From positions 1 through 39,021 of the IMG/VR virus record IMGVR_UViG_3300049828_000410: DNA of 39,021 bases, one strand, 5' to 3'. The notes below the pieces were generated by a model. That model ran no database searches and had not been told where the DNA came from. It saw nothing but the letters and a program-made list of their open reading frames with translations. A program made the translations under genes and the position numbers. Positions 36,645 through 39,021 of this stretch are shown in pieces (the first letter of the stretch is position 1; every line of letters starts with the position of its first letter). This DNA comes from a virus (Duplodnaviria > Caudoviricetes).

Positions 36645-37549
36645 TGAAGCGCCTCCTGTTGGCAGTGTTGGCAGTGATGTCAACGGGGGGCCATGCCTTT
36701 CCCGATGCAATCCGGAAGGGCTACACCAACTGCGGAACCTGCCACTATTCCCCCTTGGGTGGTGGTCCGCAAACACCCTACGGCAAGGGCACCGCGCCCG
36801 AGATCTTCCCTACTTGGCGTGGGCTTGTGGTGGACCCGTCCGAACACCTTGTCTACGGCATGGATGCAAGACGGCTGGTCATGACAAAGCGCGAGCCATT
36901 CATCATGCAAGAAGAGGCTCACCTTGGCGTTACGGCAAAAGGGGCCACAATCGTCGGCACAGTCAATCCCGAAGGCCCACTAGGGCTATGGGCTTCCTAT
37001 AGGTATAAAGGCTTGGGCGTGCGGTTAGGGCGCTTTAAACCCGCCTATGCGATTCCCTACGATGACCACACGGTTCCCATTCTCGGGAACAAGAAAAACT
37101 ACGAGAACAACAATGTTGAGCTGGAACTTCGGAACAGGAGAGGTGAGATCGTCATCACCCGCATTCTTGGTAACTCCAGATTCTCCTACTCCCGACTATT
37201 GATCGTAGGGCGGGATGCGCTCGCCGGGACAGTCAACCTGTTTGCCGGCAAGCGTTGTAAGGGTGGAGGGACCATTGTGGGTACAGCGGCGGATAACGTT
37301 AGGCGGGCACTACATATTCAATGCTCGTACAACTCTGAGCTGTACGGCATGGGTGAGTGGTCTGATCAAGGTGATAGGTTTGGATTGCTTGGATACGAGA
37401 TATTGACGGGCCTACACGTGCGGTTCACATCGTTCGGCCCTGAATCTAATTATCGCATAGGCCTGAGATGGATTCCAATCCCTGGCCTGGAAGCTACCGG
37501 CGAGCTCGAGAAAGAGCGCGCGTTCCTTGTCTCACACCTTTGGTTCTAG
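36644..37549 (+). CDS. Outer-membrane beta-barrel protein with an N-terminal CxxCH heme-c motif
   Basis: Signal peptide ending GHA-F; GYTNCGTCHYSPLGGGPQTPYG (36731-36745); RLGRFKPAYAI; amphipathic strands; C-terminal FLVSHLWF beta-signal. Confidence 0.78.
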   Translation: MKRLLLAVLAVMSTGGHAFPDAIRKGYTNCGTCHYSPLGGGPQTPYGKGTAPEIFPTWRGLVVDPSEHLVYGMDARRLVMTKREPFIMQEEAHLGVTAKGATIVGTVNPEGPLGLWASYRYKGLGVRLGRFKPAYAIPYDDHTVPILGNKKNYENNNVELELRNRRGEIVITRILGNSRFSYSRLLIVGRDALAGTVNLFAGKRCKGGGTIVGTAADNVRRALHIQCSYNSELYGMGEWSDQGDRFGLLGYEILTGLHVRFTSFGPESNYRIGLRWIPIPGLEATGELEKERAFLVSHLWF

Positions 37550-37590
37550 CAGGGCTTCGGTTTCGGCTTAGGCTTCTTCTTCGTTGCCAT
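37546..37590 (-). CDS. 14-aa Lys/Pro-rich micropeptide MATKKKPKPKPKPC
   Basis: AGGAG RBS 6 nt before ATG, overlapping the upstream gene's TAG; fills the gap exactly. Confidence 0.55.
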   Translation of the reverse strand: MATKKKPKPKPKPC

Positions 37591-37599
37591 GGTCTTCTC

Positions 37600-38040
37600 C
37601 TAAAAGGGAATTACGTCAAGATTTGAATCTACACCCAAAGATGGTGCCGTCGGCGCTGCAGTTTTGGGTTCACTGTTTTTACGTAATTTGTGTCCGTTGT
37701 CATCATAATACTTCAGTCGTTTTTGAATTAACGCCATCTGCGCCGGACTCCATTCCTTGTTCCACTTGATCATCTTCTCGAAGAACTCACGATCATCCCA
37801 CACACGTTCATTACCTGATTTATCGGTGTAGCGATTTGGAGGAAAAAGTTCACCAGCGAGAAGCATTCTAATCCGGTTACAAGTGGCAGAGAACTCGCCA
37901 CTCGTCGGCTTCGGTGTGGAAAGCTCATCCGCTAACGCTTTACCTAAAGCATCTTTGGCTATCTGAAAGTCTATAGCAGCAGGGGAAATCGTAGCGTTCA
38001 TGTCGCGATGAAGCGCGAGCAGTGCTGAGATATTAGCCAT
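37600..38040 (-). CDS. Hypothetical protein with an SSB-like C-terminal tail
   Basis: GGAG RBS; ends DSNLDVIPF. Confidence 0.65.
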   Translation of the reverse strand: MANISALLALHRDMNATISPAAIDFQIAKDALGKALADELSTPKPTSGEFSATCNRIRMLLAGELFPPNRYTDKSGNERVWDDREFFEKMIKWNKEWSPAQMALIQKRLKYYDDNGHKLRKNSEPKTAAPTAPSLGVDSNLDVIPF

Positions 38041-38107
38041 GGGATCTCCGAATTTGGAATTTTCCCAACCCTATAATAGTGACATTGCCAATTCAATTAG
38101 AAATTGA

Positions 38108-38992
38108 TTGCGTGGCCAAATTCATCTTGCGGACTTTGTTGATGTTTGGCACGGTGGTGGCGAACTCATCAGCCAGCTTGGAAAACTTGTGTCGCTTATC
38201 TCAGTGCATCCCGCGCCGTACCAAGTCGATCGTGCGCGGAGTGAAAAAGACTACGCCAGACATTTCGCCAAAGGCTGGTGGACATTCAATGTCAAAGCCT
38301 TTGATCTTCTGCAAACCATCATCACAAGTCGCGTCTGGAGTCCAATCGTCTTCGCCGGCGGTCATAGACTGGGAGCGAATTTTAAAGAGGCTAGATGGCT
38401 TGCGTTAGACTTTGATACGCCTGAATATGACCTCCAGCAATGCCTAAACGATTGGTGCGACACTATCCATGTCATTGGGACCACCAAGAACCACCAGAAA
38501 CAGAAAGGCGACCATCCTCCTTGTGACCGCTTTCGTCTTGTGGTGCCTTTTGCTCGGGTCATCGATTGCCCTCGCACCTACGAGCACAACTTTCGTGTCG
38601 TGGGTGAGCGATACGGAGCTGACACCCAGGTAAAGGATCGCGCTAGGTTATTCTTCCCCTGCCAAGAGATCGTCTCGGTATGCAAGGAAGGCGAGCTGCA
38701 GCCGATCTTGGAAGCGCCGCCTGAGCCGGTGGTAAAGGCCGAGGCGTGCGGTAATTTTCTATCAGGCTACGCCAAATGGTTTATGAGAACCAAAATACCA
38801 GTTGGCGAAAGAACGACGAACGTTTGGCGATTTGCCAAAGACCTTATCAAGTACGGCGAAACCCCGGAGCGCATCTTAGGTGCGGTTTTAGGGTCGGCCA
38901 CCTACCGCGACGAACCGCCCGAACCGCACGCCATGGGCAAAATTAAGCAGGCGATACAATCCGCGCAGAACAGCGCACTAAGGGGACCGTAG
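38108..38992 (+). CDS. AEP-superfamily primase/prim-pol with a C-terminal PriCT-like domain (start may be GTG 38189)
   Basis: WSP, LALDFD, TTKNH, RFRLVVPF, DRARLFF, GERTT. Confidence 0.82.
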   Translation: MRGQIHLADFVDVWHGGGELISQLGKLVSLISVHPAPYQVDRARSEKDYARHFAKGWWTFNVKAFDLLQTIITSRVWSPIVFAGGHRLGANFKEARWLALDFDTPEYDLQQCLNDWCDTIHVIGTTKNHQKQKGDHPPCDRFRLVVPFARVIDCPRTYEHNFRVVGERYGADTQVKDRARLFFPCQEIVSVCKEGELQPILEAPPEPVVKAEACGNFLSGYAKWFMRTKIPVGERTTNVWRFAKDLIKYGETPERILGAVLGSATYRDEPPEPHAMGKIKQAIQSAQNSALRGP

Positions 38993-39021
38993 TGACCGAA
39001 GCAGAAAAGCCGAAGCTCCCG
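38992..39021 (+). CDS. 5' end of the helicase gene (MTEAEKPKLP), continuing at position 1
   Basis: TAGTG overlap with the primase stop, AGGGG RBS, 10 codons in frame with 1..1311. Confidence 0.85.
   Translation, partial: MTEAEKPKLP

Larger units (their letters stand above)
1..39021. mobile_element. Complete, circularly permuted podovirus-like bacteriophage genome (Caudoviricetes)
   Basis: Terminase, portal, scaffold, capsid, tail, lysis and replication genes are all present, with no host housekeeping genes. The reading frame from GTG 38992 continues without a stop into position 1. Confidence 0.93.

Noticed and set aside
38093-38200. Minus-strand HTH-like reading KLADEFATTVPNINKVRK
   Set aside because: No start codon between the upstream in-frame TGA and the HTH-like segment, and it opposes the primase 5' region; no other sign of stop-codon recoding in the genome.

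Overview
The window looks like a complete, circularly permuted ~39 kb genome of a tailed dsDNA phage with podovirus-like (short tail, ejection protein) architecture. The helicase ORF starts at GTG 38992 and reads in frame across the end/start junction. Modules: (i) replication: AEP-type primase, SF3/D5-like helicase, a probable origin made of inverted GTGTACGG iterons, RuvC-like resolvase, ERF annealing protein; (ii) ParB-N/DNA methyltransferase, small and large terminase; (iii) scaffold, major capsid, tail fibre, adaptor, nozzle, portal, four ejection-like proteins and an 11-gene array, mostly small beta-rich decoration/fibre genes; (iv) M15 endolysin. No integrase, DNA polymerase, tRNA, CRISPR array or reverse transcriptase was seen. 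The most unusual content is an exported redox-type gene set: three proteins with CxxCH heme-c motifs (a 539-aa lipoprotein, a small class I cytochrome c lipoprotein, and a CxxCH plus outer-membrane beta-barrel protein) and a YceI-family polyisoprenoid-binding protein. Several short genes missed by the ORF track, a probable ATT start codon and a tandem promoter/terminator unit that may make a small RNA are also reported. All functional calls come from motif recognition by eye, without database searches.
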